A program made the position numbers and the translations under genes. A stretch of 64,000 bases of DNA, from positions 372,001-436,000 of the forward strand of contig JBODTK010000103.1 of the NCBI GenBank assembly GCA_050613775.1, read 5' to 3'. The DNA comes from Neocallimastix sp. 'constans' (Eukaryota). Below, piece after piece: positions 52,933-64,000 of this stretch. The notes beneath the pieces were generated by a model. The model saw nothing but the letters and a program-made list of their open reading frames with translations, had not been told where the DNA came from and ran no database searches. Each line of letters opens with the position of its first letter. Within the stretch, counting starts at the first letter, position 1.

Positions 52933-53213
52933 TGTTAGAAATTAAGTTTAATATTCCACAAATCTTAATATAATTAATTTAATAATAACTTAATTTTATT
53001 ATATTTTATAGGATAAAAATAATTTAATAATAAATGTGATTTAATATTAATATTTAATATTAGAAAATAAATAAGTGAATAGAATAAAGTTTTAAAGGAT
53101 TAGGAGATAAATATAAATTTAATGAATGAAAAATAATAAAAAATAAATAATGTTGAAAAGTGTAAAAAATTAATTAATATATATTAATAAATAAAGTGAT
53201 TATTAAAACAACA
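52933..53213 (+). repeat. 3' LTR (281 bp)
   Basis: Direct repeat of 47808-48087, followed by the TSD CAAAC. Confidence 0.95.
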
Positions 53214-54205
53214 CAAACTATATAAATGAATAAATTTAAAAAAAAATTTTTTTTATATTAAAAATATTATGTAAAGTAAAATATATATTAAAAAAATAAA
53301 CTAAAAACAACAAAAAATGAAAGTGTCAACATAAAGTGTATCAAAATAGTTAAGAAGAAAAGAAATAGTGCCAAATAAATCATAAAAAAAAAAAATTTAA
53401 ATAATCAATAAACAAATATAAAAAATAAATATAAAAAAATAAAATATCATAAGGAAATATTATAAAATATACTATAAATTTTATTAATTATATGAAGTAC
53501 TTAGAATAAAAATAAATTATTATTTAGCTATAATAAATTAAAATTATTTCATTTATTAATTCTATATAATTTTCATATATATTTGTTTATTTATTTATTA
53601 TTAATTTATCTATTTATTTATTTATTTATTTATTTATTTATTTTTGTTTTATTATTTATTATTATCTTTATTATTTATTTATTTATCATTTATTTATTTA
53701 TTATTTATTATTTATTATTTATTATTTATTATTTATTAATATAATATATTAATTATATGAACATAAATTATTTTAATAAATCAAAAAAAAAATTCTTGTA
53801 TTTCATTTATTTATTTTTAAGGATCTATTAATCAATTAAGATAAAAAAAAAAATAAAAAAATATTATGTATTATAAAAAACAAAGAAAAAAAGATCAAAT
53901 TCATATTATAATAAATATATTGTAATAATAATAAGAAGAATTAAAAAATATTAAAAAGAATAAATAAAATATAATAAGAAAGATTGAAATTATAGTTATA
54001 ATAAGAAATATATAGTAATAATAAGAAATATATTATTACTATTATTATATTTTGTATAAAAAATATCTTTTAACGAAAATTATTATAATTATATAAATAT
54101 TTAAATTTTATAAAATAAAAAATGAGCTATTATTTATTAACATATATAATTTATTAATAATAAAAAAAATTTATTTTAAATATATTTTAAAATTTATTAT
54201 TCTTC

Positions 54206-54427
54206 ATATTATTATTTATTAGTCTTTCATTTTTAACTATTTAATACTTCAATTAATTATATAACGTATTATTATTTATTAATCTTTCATTTTTAACTAT
54301 ATAATACTTCAATTAATTATATAACATATTATTATTTAATAATCTTTCATTTTTAACTACATATTATTTCAATTATATAACATATTATTATTTATTAATC
54401 TTTCATTTATAACTATATAATACTTCA
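54206..54427. repeat. Minisatellite, ~55-60-bp unit x ~4
   Basis: atattattatttattaatctttcatttttaactat..aatacttcaattaattatataac repeated with small variations. Confidence 0.85.
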
Positions 54428-55001
54428 AAAGTTGAACAATATAAAAGTAACATTAATATAGGACTAGTTCTTCATCTTTTTATATATATATATATATTCA
54501 TCAATTCATTTAATACTAATAATTGATATGATTTTATTCTAAATATTATTCAGAAAAAGCATGATTTAAAATTGTAACTGACTGATCTTCATCACAAATA
54601 TTGACTAATATTTAAATTCAATTTAAAATAGTAAAAAAAATTAATAAATCATTTCTTGGTAGTCATTCTATGTGTTATATTACTACTAATAAATTTTACT
54701 ATTACCACTTTTTTTGCTAAAAATTAAATTAACTACTAATATTAAAGAATAATAAAGAATAATAGTGATTAATATTTAATAATAATATAATATTCAATAT
54801 TACATAGTAATTAATTATTTATTATATATATAAATATATATATTTGTTTTTTTTATTTATTCCCAATATCTATAGAATATTCTTTAAATCAAAAAATTTT
54901 ATTTTTTAATAATTTTATAAATATAGTTAATCTTGATTCACCAAGAACTAGTTGTCGGTATCCTTTTATATATATATATAAAAAAAGAAGTATTTATTTT
55001 T

Positions 55002-55605
55002 TTTATTTTATTTTTATTAATACTTTACTCTTTTATACTACTTACTAATTATTTTATTTTATTTTTATTAATACTTTACTCTTTTATACTACTTACTAAT
55101 TATTTTATTTTATTTTTATTAATACTTTACTCTTTTATACTACTTACTAATTATTTTATTTTATTTTTATTAATACTTTACTCTTTTATACTACTTACTA
55201 ATTATTTTATTTTATTTTTATTAATACTTTACTCTTTTATACTACTTACTAATTATTTTATTTTAGTTTTATTAATACTTTACTCTTTTATACTACTTAC
55301 TAATTATTTTATTTTATTTTTATTAATACTTTACTCTTTTATACTACTTACTAATTATTTTATTTTATTTTTATTAATACTTTACTCTTTTATACTACTT
55401 ACTAATTATTTTATTTTATTTTTATTAATACTTTACTCTTTTATACTACTTACTAATTATTTTATTTTATTTTTATTAATACTTTACTCTTTTATACTAC
55501 TTACTAATTATTTTATTTTATTTTTATTAATACTTTACTCTTTTATACTACTTACTAATTATTTTATTTTATTTTTATTAATACTTCACTAATTATTTTA
55601 TTTTA
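55002..55605. repeat. Minisatellite, 51-bp unit x 11 plus partial
   Basis: tttattttatttttattaatactttactcttttatactacttactaattat repeated almost perfectly, with one T>G variant in the sixth unit. Confidence 0.95.
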
Positions 55606-57484
55606 TTTTATTTTATTTTATTTTTATTAATACTCCCTTTTATACTACTTCGCTATTTATTATATTATTTTATATTATATTATACTATATTATATTTTAT
55701 ATATTTAATTTTTCCATAATTTTACGTATTAATTCAAATTTCATTATAAATTATTATTACTTTAACATATTTTTAAGAACAATGCTATATATTTCAAATT
55801 TGTAAATTGATAAAAGATACCAATACTTTTATTATATCAAATTTATTATGATATTTTAAATATATCTTTATATAAATTGAAAAAAAAAAAAAAAAAAAAA
55901 AAAACATGTTCCTAATGAGTAATAGTTTTTTAAGAAATTTATTATTAATTAATCTTAAAAAATGTATCTCGATAGCCTCATTCATAACAATATTTATTTT
56001 TCTTATATAGTATAAAAACTTTTTTATATTATTTTGTTAGTATAAATTTTTCTTGGTAATAAAACATAATAAATTCAATTGAGAAAAATTGTTAATATTT
56101 TATGACAAAAAAAAAGTATTTATTATATAAAAAAAGTTTAGAAGAAAATTATTATTGATAAAAATATTATTTTATAATTATTATTATTAATTATTATTTA
56201 TTTTTTTTTTTTTTTTTTTTTTTTATTATTATTTATTATATTTATTTATTTAATTATATATATATATATATTTTTTTTTTATTTATATTATTTTACTTAT
56301 TTATATTATATGTGATGTATTAAAATGTATTATATTGATTTAATAATTAATAAAATTTGATGATGAAACTTTCTCCTTAAATAGTAATAGAAGAAAAATT
56401 AATTAAAATATATATATAAATTAATATTCTTTTGTAAAGTTTATTAAATAATAATAAAATCATAGAAAATAAAAATTAACATATTTTTTTGTTTCTTTAA
56501 AGGTTAAATAAATATAAAGATAGAAGAGAAGAATCACTTCATTTAAAAATTTATTATTATTATTATAATAATAATAAGTTTTTTTTTTTTTTTTTGAGTT
56601 CCTTCTTCTTCTTCTTCTTCTTTTTTTTTTTATCAGTAATAGAGAATAGTTTAACTTTATATGATAGTAATAAAATTAATATAAATATATAAAAATAAAA
56701 ATTTTAAAAGTATAATTTAAAAATAATATTAAAAAAAATTGTAATTTTTAAATTTTTATATTTAAAAATTTATCGAGACATAAAATAAATTGAATTAAAT
56801 AATTATAAAAAAATAAATTGAATAAATAATTTATAACATTTTTTTTTAAAAAAATAATAATATTAGTAATAATAAAAATAAAAATAAAAATAATAACAAT
56901 AATAATAATAGAAGAAAAAGAAATCATAAAAAATATATATATATATATATTAAAATAATTCCTAATTACCTTTTTTTTTTTTTTTTTTTTTTTTTTTGTT
57001 TTTCAATTAAATAATAATAAGGAAATATTATAATTATTTTATAATATTTTTTTCTTCTCAGTAATTCAAAAAACAAAACAAAACAAAACAAAATAAAAAT
57101 AATAAAAAAAAAAAAAGAAATAAATAAAAATAAAAAATAAAAAATAAAACAAAAAAAAAAAAAAAAAAAAAATACCAACAAAAACTATATCATTTCAAAA
57201 TTTCAATTATATATTCTTGTAAAAAAAATAATATATTTATTTATTAAAAATTAATATTAGTATTGATTATAATATTGATTTCTAAACTCAATTTATTATA
57301 TATATATAAACCATTTATGACAATTTTATTTATTTATTTATTTATTTATTTATTTTCAGTAACTAGCATTTTATGTATTATTAAATAACAATATTCACAA
57401 TATCATAATATAATTAATATTAATTATCAACAAAATTTAAAGATATTTTAAAAAATAAAAACAAAGATTATTAAAATTTTTATA

Positions 57485-57563
<79 letters not shown>

Positions 57564-58308
57564 AAAAAGAAAAAATAAAAGTAATTATATCGAGTATTTC
57601 TATGTTAATTTATTCTTTATTTATATTTTCTTCTTATTATTATTAAATATTTCTTATTGTAATTATAAATCTTTATCTATATATATATATATAAATATTA
57701 AAAATAAAATTTTGTTTTTTATCGAAATTAAATTATTAAAAAAATAAGATTATTAATATTAAACCAGAAAAAACCTTCAAATTTTACCAATAATAATAAT
57801 AATAGTAATTTAATATACATATAAAATCAAAAATTTTTTCAACATAATTAATTTAATATCAAAAATCATTATAAAAAATTAAGAATTTATTTTTAATATT
57901 AAAAAATAAATAAAAGTAATAAAATTTTATCAATAATTATACATACTTTAATAAAATAATAAATAATAATAATAATATAAATTAAAATAAGAATAAAAAT
58001 AAGAAAATCAATAAAAATAAAAATAAGAATAAAAAAAAAAGTGATATTAATAACAAAAAACATTCTTATTTAAAATAATATTATTAAATTTTTCTTTTAT
58101 ATATATATTTACATAGATATTAAAATTATAAAGCAATAGTTAAAAATCATTAATTTTAAAGAAAAAGACAATACATGATTAAATTAAGAAATAGTAAAAG
58201 GGAAATAAAAAGAAGGATAATAAAATAAAATAAAATAAATAAATAAATATATATATAATATATATATATAATTTCATCATCATTATTGAATAAATTTATA
58301 AGATCAAT

Positions 58309-58944
58309 ATGGGAAATAATTTAGTACGTGTTATAGAATCAGAAAGAGAAAAAGGAACTGTTGAGATGAATTTATCTCAACGAGGAATTTTAGAATTACC
58401 ACCGGAAATTGGTTTATTGACAAATTTAAAAAGGTTGGCTTTTGGCGTAACTTTAATATATTAGAAATTTTAATATTTAGAAATCATTCGTTGATATTAA
58501 CACAAAATCTCTTTTTTCAAATATTTTTATTCAAAATTATCTATAGATTAAAATTAGATGGAAATCAATTAACTAGAATACCATTTGAAATAAATTATTT
58601 ATCAAATTTACAATATTTAAATTTAAAATCAAATTCACTAAAAGAATTTCCGGAGGCAGTAAGTTTAATTTTAATATTTATCAAAAATAAAATAATACAT
58701 ATTAAAAATAATAATTCTATATAATAATATAGAATAATAGCTTAAATTAATAGTAATACAAAAAAGAAATTAATAAAGTCTAATAATGTAAATTTTAATT
58801 ATATTAATCATATTTTATAATATTATATATCTATTTATAGCTATGTTACATGCAAAGATTGGAAATTTTAGGTATATATTAATTTTTTTTTTTTATAAAA
58901 GTTATTATAAGTTTAATATCTATTTAATTTTCTTATATTCAAAC

Positions 58945-58984
<40 letters not shown>

Positions 58985-59710
58985 TGTTATTATTATCATT
59001 ATTATTTAGATGTAAGTAAAAATCAAATTAAAAGTTTACCCGAAGATTTCGGAAGATTACAGACAACATTGAAGGTATATTTATTTAAAAAAATAAAATA
59101 AAAATAAAAATAATTAAATAAATTTTTTTTTTATTTATATGGAAATGTATATATTAATTAAAAATTATCATTTAAAAACTATAGGCTTTTAGTATATCAA
59201 AAAATAGGTTACAAGAAATACCATCTTATTTTTGTAGAATGAAAGAATTAAAAATACTAAAATTAGGTAGATATATTAAAAAATTGTAATATAATATTTA
59301 ACATAAAATAGTAATTATAATAATATAATTAATTTATATTATATTTTAAATATCATAAAAATTTCTCTGTACAAATATCAATTATTTATAAACAACTTCA
59401 TCAATATTAACAACACAATAATAATGATAAAAAATAGAATTTAATCCAATTGAATACCCACCTCAAAATATTATAAATTGTCCACCAGAAATGCCTCAGG
59501 ATGTTTGGCTTAATCGATTAAAAGAATTTTTAAAAAGAGATGGTAAATGAATTTAATCATATATATATATAATTTTCATTTTTTAATAATAATAATAATA
59601 ATAATAATATTAAAATCACTATATTTGCTTTATAATATTAATATTATTTATATATATGATAATTTATTATTTATAAAAGAAAAAAATGGATACTCAAAGT
59701 AAAAAAAAAC

Positions 59711-59741
<31 letters not shown>

Positions 59742-60754
59742 CATAAATAATATATAATATAATAAATTCAATGATCAAAATATATTTAATTAATTTTTAT
59801 ATAAATTATATATATATAATATGAATTAATATCATTACTATTAATTAAATTAAAAATCACATAAAATAAAATGTTTTAATATAAAAATTAATCAATAAAT
59901 CAATAAAAAAGGATAAATGATAATGAAAATAAAACTAGACATTCAAAAAGTTTGGAAAGTCATATTCGTGAAGCTGCTTCAATAAATGATTGTGATATAC
60001 TCTGTGATACTTATTTCCATAATGTTCCTAGGTTAACTCAGAATATAGAAAATTTAGATCCATGGGTATATTATTTTGTTGAATCAGCACGAAATTTAAT
60101 TTATGCCGTAGCTCAACTTTGTCGTGCAATTAAGCAATATTCACCTGCAATAAGTAATCCAAAAATCAATGAATTATTTGAAAAAGAATATGGCGATGTT
60201 AATCGGAAAGTTTGTCAAATCATTTATTCACTGGATCGTTTTGACCGAGGAATATCTGAAGTTTCTTTACATCGTCGTCTCTGTTCAGACTTAAAATTAA
60301 TTGTTATGACTACTATACCAGATGTCAAAAAACTCTTAGTTTCAATTCAAAACAATTTAAAACTTTTAATGGAAAGTACTAATATTCGTGTATCAAGAAA
60401 TTTTTTATTTACTTGTCACAGTGTAATCGTTGAAGTTCATGCTGCCACTGAAAGTGTTCTTATGGCCATTCCTGCCTCTGAACGTAATTTTAATCCAATT
60501 TCAACTACAATGACAAGATCATCATCTTCTGCTTCCATACCGCCCGTCATGAATCATAAATCAAGTAATTCAAAATCATCAATTACTTCTATCTTAAATG
60601 CAATGAATTCAAAATCTGCTAATACTTCTTCATCCTCTACCATAATATCAACTTCAGCTGCCGAAAGTTCTCATGCCATACCAATCAATAATACTAATAT
60701 TAATACCAATACAAATTCTAATACTAATCCTAATCCTAATCCTAATGCAAATGC

Positions 60755-60792
<38 letters not shown>

Positions 60793-62627
60793 GTAGTAAT
60801 ATTATAAATGGTATGAGTTCCTCTTTGAATGATCTGTCCATATCTACACCATTATCAACTTCTCAAACCTCCACCTCATCCATGAAAAATATTTATCAAA
60901 AATCAAGTTCTGAAATTGCTGATCCAATAAGTATTTCGGGAATATCCTTAACAGAATCCTTTATTGGAGGAGAATCTTCTACTTCTATAACGGAAAGTGG
61001 TACTGAAAGTTATAATGAAAGTTTTAAATCTTATAATATATCTCAAGCAAGTACTACAAATAATACTAATTCCGGTGTATCTAATGGAACTTATACCATT
61101 TCAAAACAACAAACTCTTCCTGAAAATATACATCAACCTTCCCAACTTTCACAACAACTTAGCATTGAAACCAAAATTAGACCAAGAAAGGATAGTCTTA
61201 CGAATTTAATAGTTAATTCTGATATCAAAGAATCATCTTCTGTCATAAATGCTGCCAGTAGTAATAGTAGTACTATCAATGGTAATAAAACTTTAAATGG
61301 AAATAAAAATATAATTAATGGTTCAACTGTATCTTCGGCATCTATGTTAGCTACTCCAACACCTAAAAATCAAGAAGAATATAGAATGAAGAACAGTAAT
61401 AATAATAATAATGAAAATAATGAAAATAATGAAAATACTACTTCATTAAGTACTCTAGAAAGACGTATTCGTCATAAATCTTCACTTTCTGCTTCTTCTT
61501 CCACAGCAATTGTAGGTGTACAAAATGAAATCTTTTTAAATAACGAAATACAACAACCTCTTCAAACTCAAAATCAAACACCTTCTCTTGTTCCACAAAC
61601 TCCTCTACAAGATACAACACCAACTCAATCAGGAATAACTTTACAAAATATAAATGGAATGGCCATGGGTATGGGTATGACGACAATGGCATTGAATGGT
61701 ATAAATAATATGAATAATATAAATGGTATAAATGGAATAAACGGTATTAATGGTATAAATGGAATAAACGGTATTAATGGTATAAATGGTATAAATAATA
61801 TAAATGTTATAAATGGTATAAACGGTATAAATGGTATAAATAATATAAATGGTTTAAATAATTTAAATAGTATGATGAGTATGACTGCAAAAAATTTTGA
61901 TGATAACGCATCTGTTTATTCTGCTTCCTCTGTACCATCTGCCATGAATATGACAGTAATGACTCAAACTCCAGCAAATCCAACTGGACTTTCCTCCCGT
62001 CTTAATAATCTTCAAAATCTTTCATTAACCTATGAATTAAAAGAATTCATTTTCCCATTAGATGATCAATTCTTTATACTATCATTTTCATCATTACGTG
62101 CAAGTTATTCTTGCTTTGAAATGCTAAAGATGACTTTTGATTTCTTAAAGAATTCTACCTCCGTGATAGAAAATCCAGATTTCTATCAACTGGTATTAGA
62201 TTGTTCTGGTCCCTTATTAGATAATACAAAATCCATTGTAGATGACTATTATGAAAAATTTTTAAAATGTGTCAACTATAATGTTAATAATGATTCAAAT
62301 ATTACCCTGCCTACCACTAATACTAGCAATAACAATTCAAATTCAACTTCAAATCCTAATCCTAATCCTAGTAAATTAAATGATGAAACACTCATACCAA
62401 TTAAAAATATCACTCTAAATAATTCTTCAGTTATTAATCCTAAGGCAACAAGTGAAGATCATCGACAAATTTATGAAGATTCTATTGAATATATTCATAG
62501 TCTCATTCAATATACCATTATTATAAGAGAAATGACACAACGAGTAACTTTTAATCGTAATGTTATCGTTTCACTTCAAAATCTTACAAAATCTACAAAG
62601 GCTCTTGTAAAATTTTGTTCAAAATAG
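58309..62627 (+). CDS. SOG2: Leucine-rich-repeat plus SOG2-like domain protein (RAM signalling network Sog2 homolog), ~1084 aa, 8 exons
   Basis: Exons 58309-58433, 58547-58658, 58841-58871, 59010-59074, 59185-59266, 59438-59542, 59680-59698, 59912-62627 (in phase, 3255 nt). N-terminal LRRs (ILELPPEIGLLTNLKRLKLDGNQLTRIPFEINYLSNLQYLNLKSNSLKEFPEAL...ILDVSKNQIKSLP...KLEFNPIEYPP). Helical segments FVESARNLIYAVAQL, YSLDRFD and IRVSRNFLFTCHSVIVE resemble the SOG2 domain. Long Ser/Asn low-complexity middle. Family call is from recalled architecture only. Confidence 0.75.
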
Positions 62628-63239
62628 ATTTTTTTTTTTTTTATATATATATATTTTTTTTTATTTTTTTTTTTTTTTTTAAAAAAATAGAATAAATTAA
62701 AATAAATTAAAATAAATAATATTAAAAAATAATAATAAAAAAATTACAAAAAAAAAAAATAAAATAAAATAAAAATAAAAATAAAAATATTTAAAAAAAA
62801 AAAAAAAAAAATTGATAAGATAATAATAAAAAATTAAAAAATTAAAATTACAAAAAAATAAAAAAATAAAAAAATAAAAAAATAAAAATATTTCAATTAT
62901 AAAAAACATACATTATATACATTATATATTATAAATTAATAATTAATTAATAAAATTAATAAATAAAATAAAATAAAATAATAAAAAAAAAAAAAAAAAA
63001 AAAAAAGTTAAAATAAAGAATTAGTATAATTATGTATGTATATAATTATTTTTTTTTTTTTTGTTTTTTTTTTTTATGTTATTACTTTATATATATAATT
63101 GTAATATATATATATATATATATATATAAAGAGAGGAGAAAAGAAAAGAGTAATAAAAAGTAATTTTTTTTTTTTTTGTCTTGTTTTGTTTTGTTTTTTG
63201 TTTTGTTTTTATGTTTAAATATATAAATTTTATATCTAT

Positions 63240-63866
63240 TTATTTGATCTTATTAAATCTATTCCCAAAATGCCTTATTATTCCTGGACTTTAAGAATCT
63301 AGAACTTTGTACAAAAAAAAAAAAAAAAAAAAATAATAAAAATTATTAAATGTGTAAAATATGACGATATTTTAGAACGTTATTGGAAATCAATTTCCAA
63401 ATTTCAAGGTATTAAAGATCAAAACTACGATAGTAACAAGTTCTCAAATATAATAAAGCCTATAAATTATGCTTAGCTTAAAATATCCCCAATTCAACTT
63501 AGGGTTTTCGTGGATTATACGGTTATGCTGTGGTTATAAATACAATACTACTATTGCTATTAGAATGGGTAGAGTTTCAGAAGATTGTCCCAAGACTTGC
63601 CTCCTGTTGTGGCGAAGGGAATCAATCTTTTTTGAGCATTTGGATTTTTAAATGTGATGCTCTTGCATCTTTTAGATGAAATTCTTTAAATTTCATCGAT
63701 GAATCTCTCTATATTTTTATTCATTAAGAAGATTAGAGCATTTAATCCTCTTTTCTTCCTTATATGACTCTATTTCTGATTTTGAAAGATTATATTAATT
63801 AATCATTATATATATACTTGTTCCTTCCTTCTTGGTGGAACTTTAGCTTTAAAATGAGCTACATGT
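63240..63866 (+). mobile_element. Decayed LINE-like ORF2 C-terminal fragment
   Basis: LKYPQFNLGFSWIIRLCCGYKY...DCPKTC.CCGEGNQSF.EH.WIFKC (frameshifted CCHC knuckle). 63600-63864 is the reverse complement of a diverged copy at 11410-11670. Confidence 0.78.
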
Positions 63867-63896
63867 ATTTTTTTTTTTTTTTTTATAATAAAATTA

Positions 63897-63939
<43 letters not shown>

Positions 63940-64000
63940 GAAAAAACACTTCATTCATTTAAAATAATAAAATAAAATAAAATATTTATAATATACTTAT

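Larger units (their letters stand above)
47808..53213 (+). mobile_element. Full-length Ty1/copia LTR retrotransposon, apparently intact and recent
   Basis: LTRs at 47808-48087 and 52933-53213 with TGTT...AACA ends; 5-bp TSD CAAAC at 47803-47807 and 53214-53218; PBS abutting the 5' LTR; PPT before the 3' LTR; uninterrupted gag and pol in PR-IN-RT-RH order. Confidence 0.97.

Noticed and set aside
54933..55592. 219-aa hydrophobic repeat ORF, or a CRISPR-like array
   Set aside because: Pure tandem 51-bp units with no unique spacers, a non-ATG start, eukaryotic context and no cas genes.

Overview
Extremely AT-rich, intron-containing eukaryotic DNA. The composition and gene content (a bacterial-type solute-binding domain fused to a 7TM domain, expanded CE4 deacetylases) point to an anaerobic gut fungus (Neocallimastigomycota); this assignment is inference. 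Host genes: a 6-exon UCH37/UCHL5-type deubiquitinase (minus); four co-oriented secreted, probably GPI-anchored CE4 polysaccharide/chitin deacetylase paralogs spread over 13.5-45.9 kb (two intronless, two sharing one intron); a 5-exon solute-binding-protein/7TM receptor lying inside that array on the opposite strand; and an 8-exon LRR + SOG2-like RAM-network gene. Mobile DNA: one apparently intact, very young Ty1/copia LTR retrotransposon (47808-53213, CAAAC target-site duplication), several decayed LINE relics (one nested in another), a ~790-bp foldback inverted repeat, a small MITE-like element, and many micro/minisatellites. The most notable signals are in the copia element. Its primer-binding site is complementary to the anticodon arm (5' half) of tRNA-Lys(CUU) rather than to a tRNA 3' end. 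Its gag and pol overlap in a +1 arrangement with a Ty1-like GGG-AGG-C heptamer. The same 15-nt PBS sequence also occurs inside the long hairpin at 8.6-9.4 kb. All gene models and motif calls were made by eye; no searches were run.
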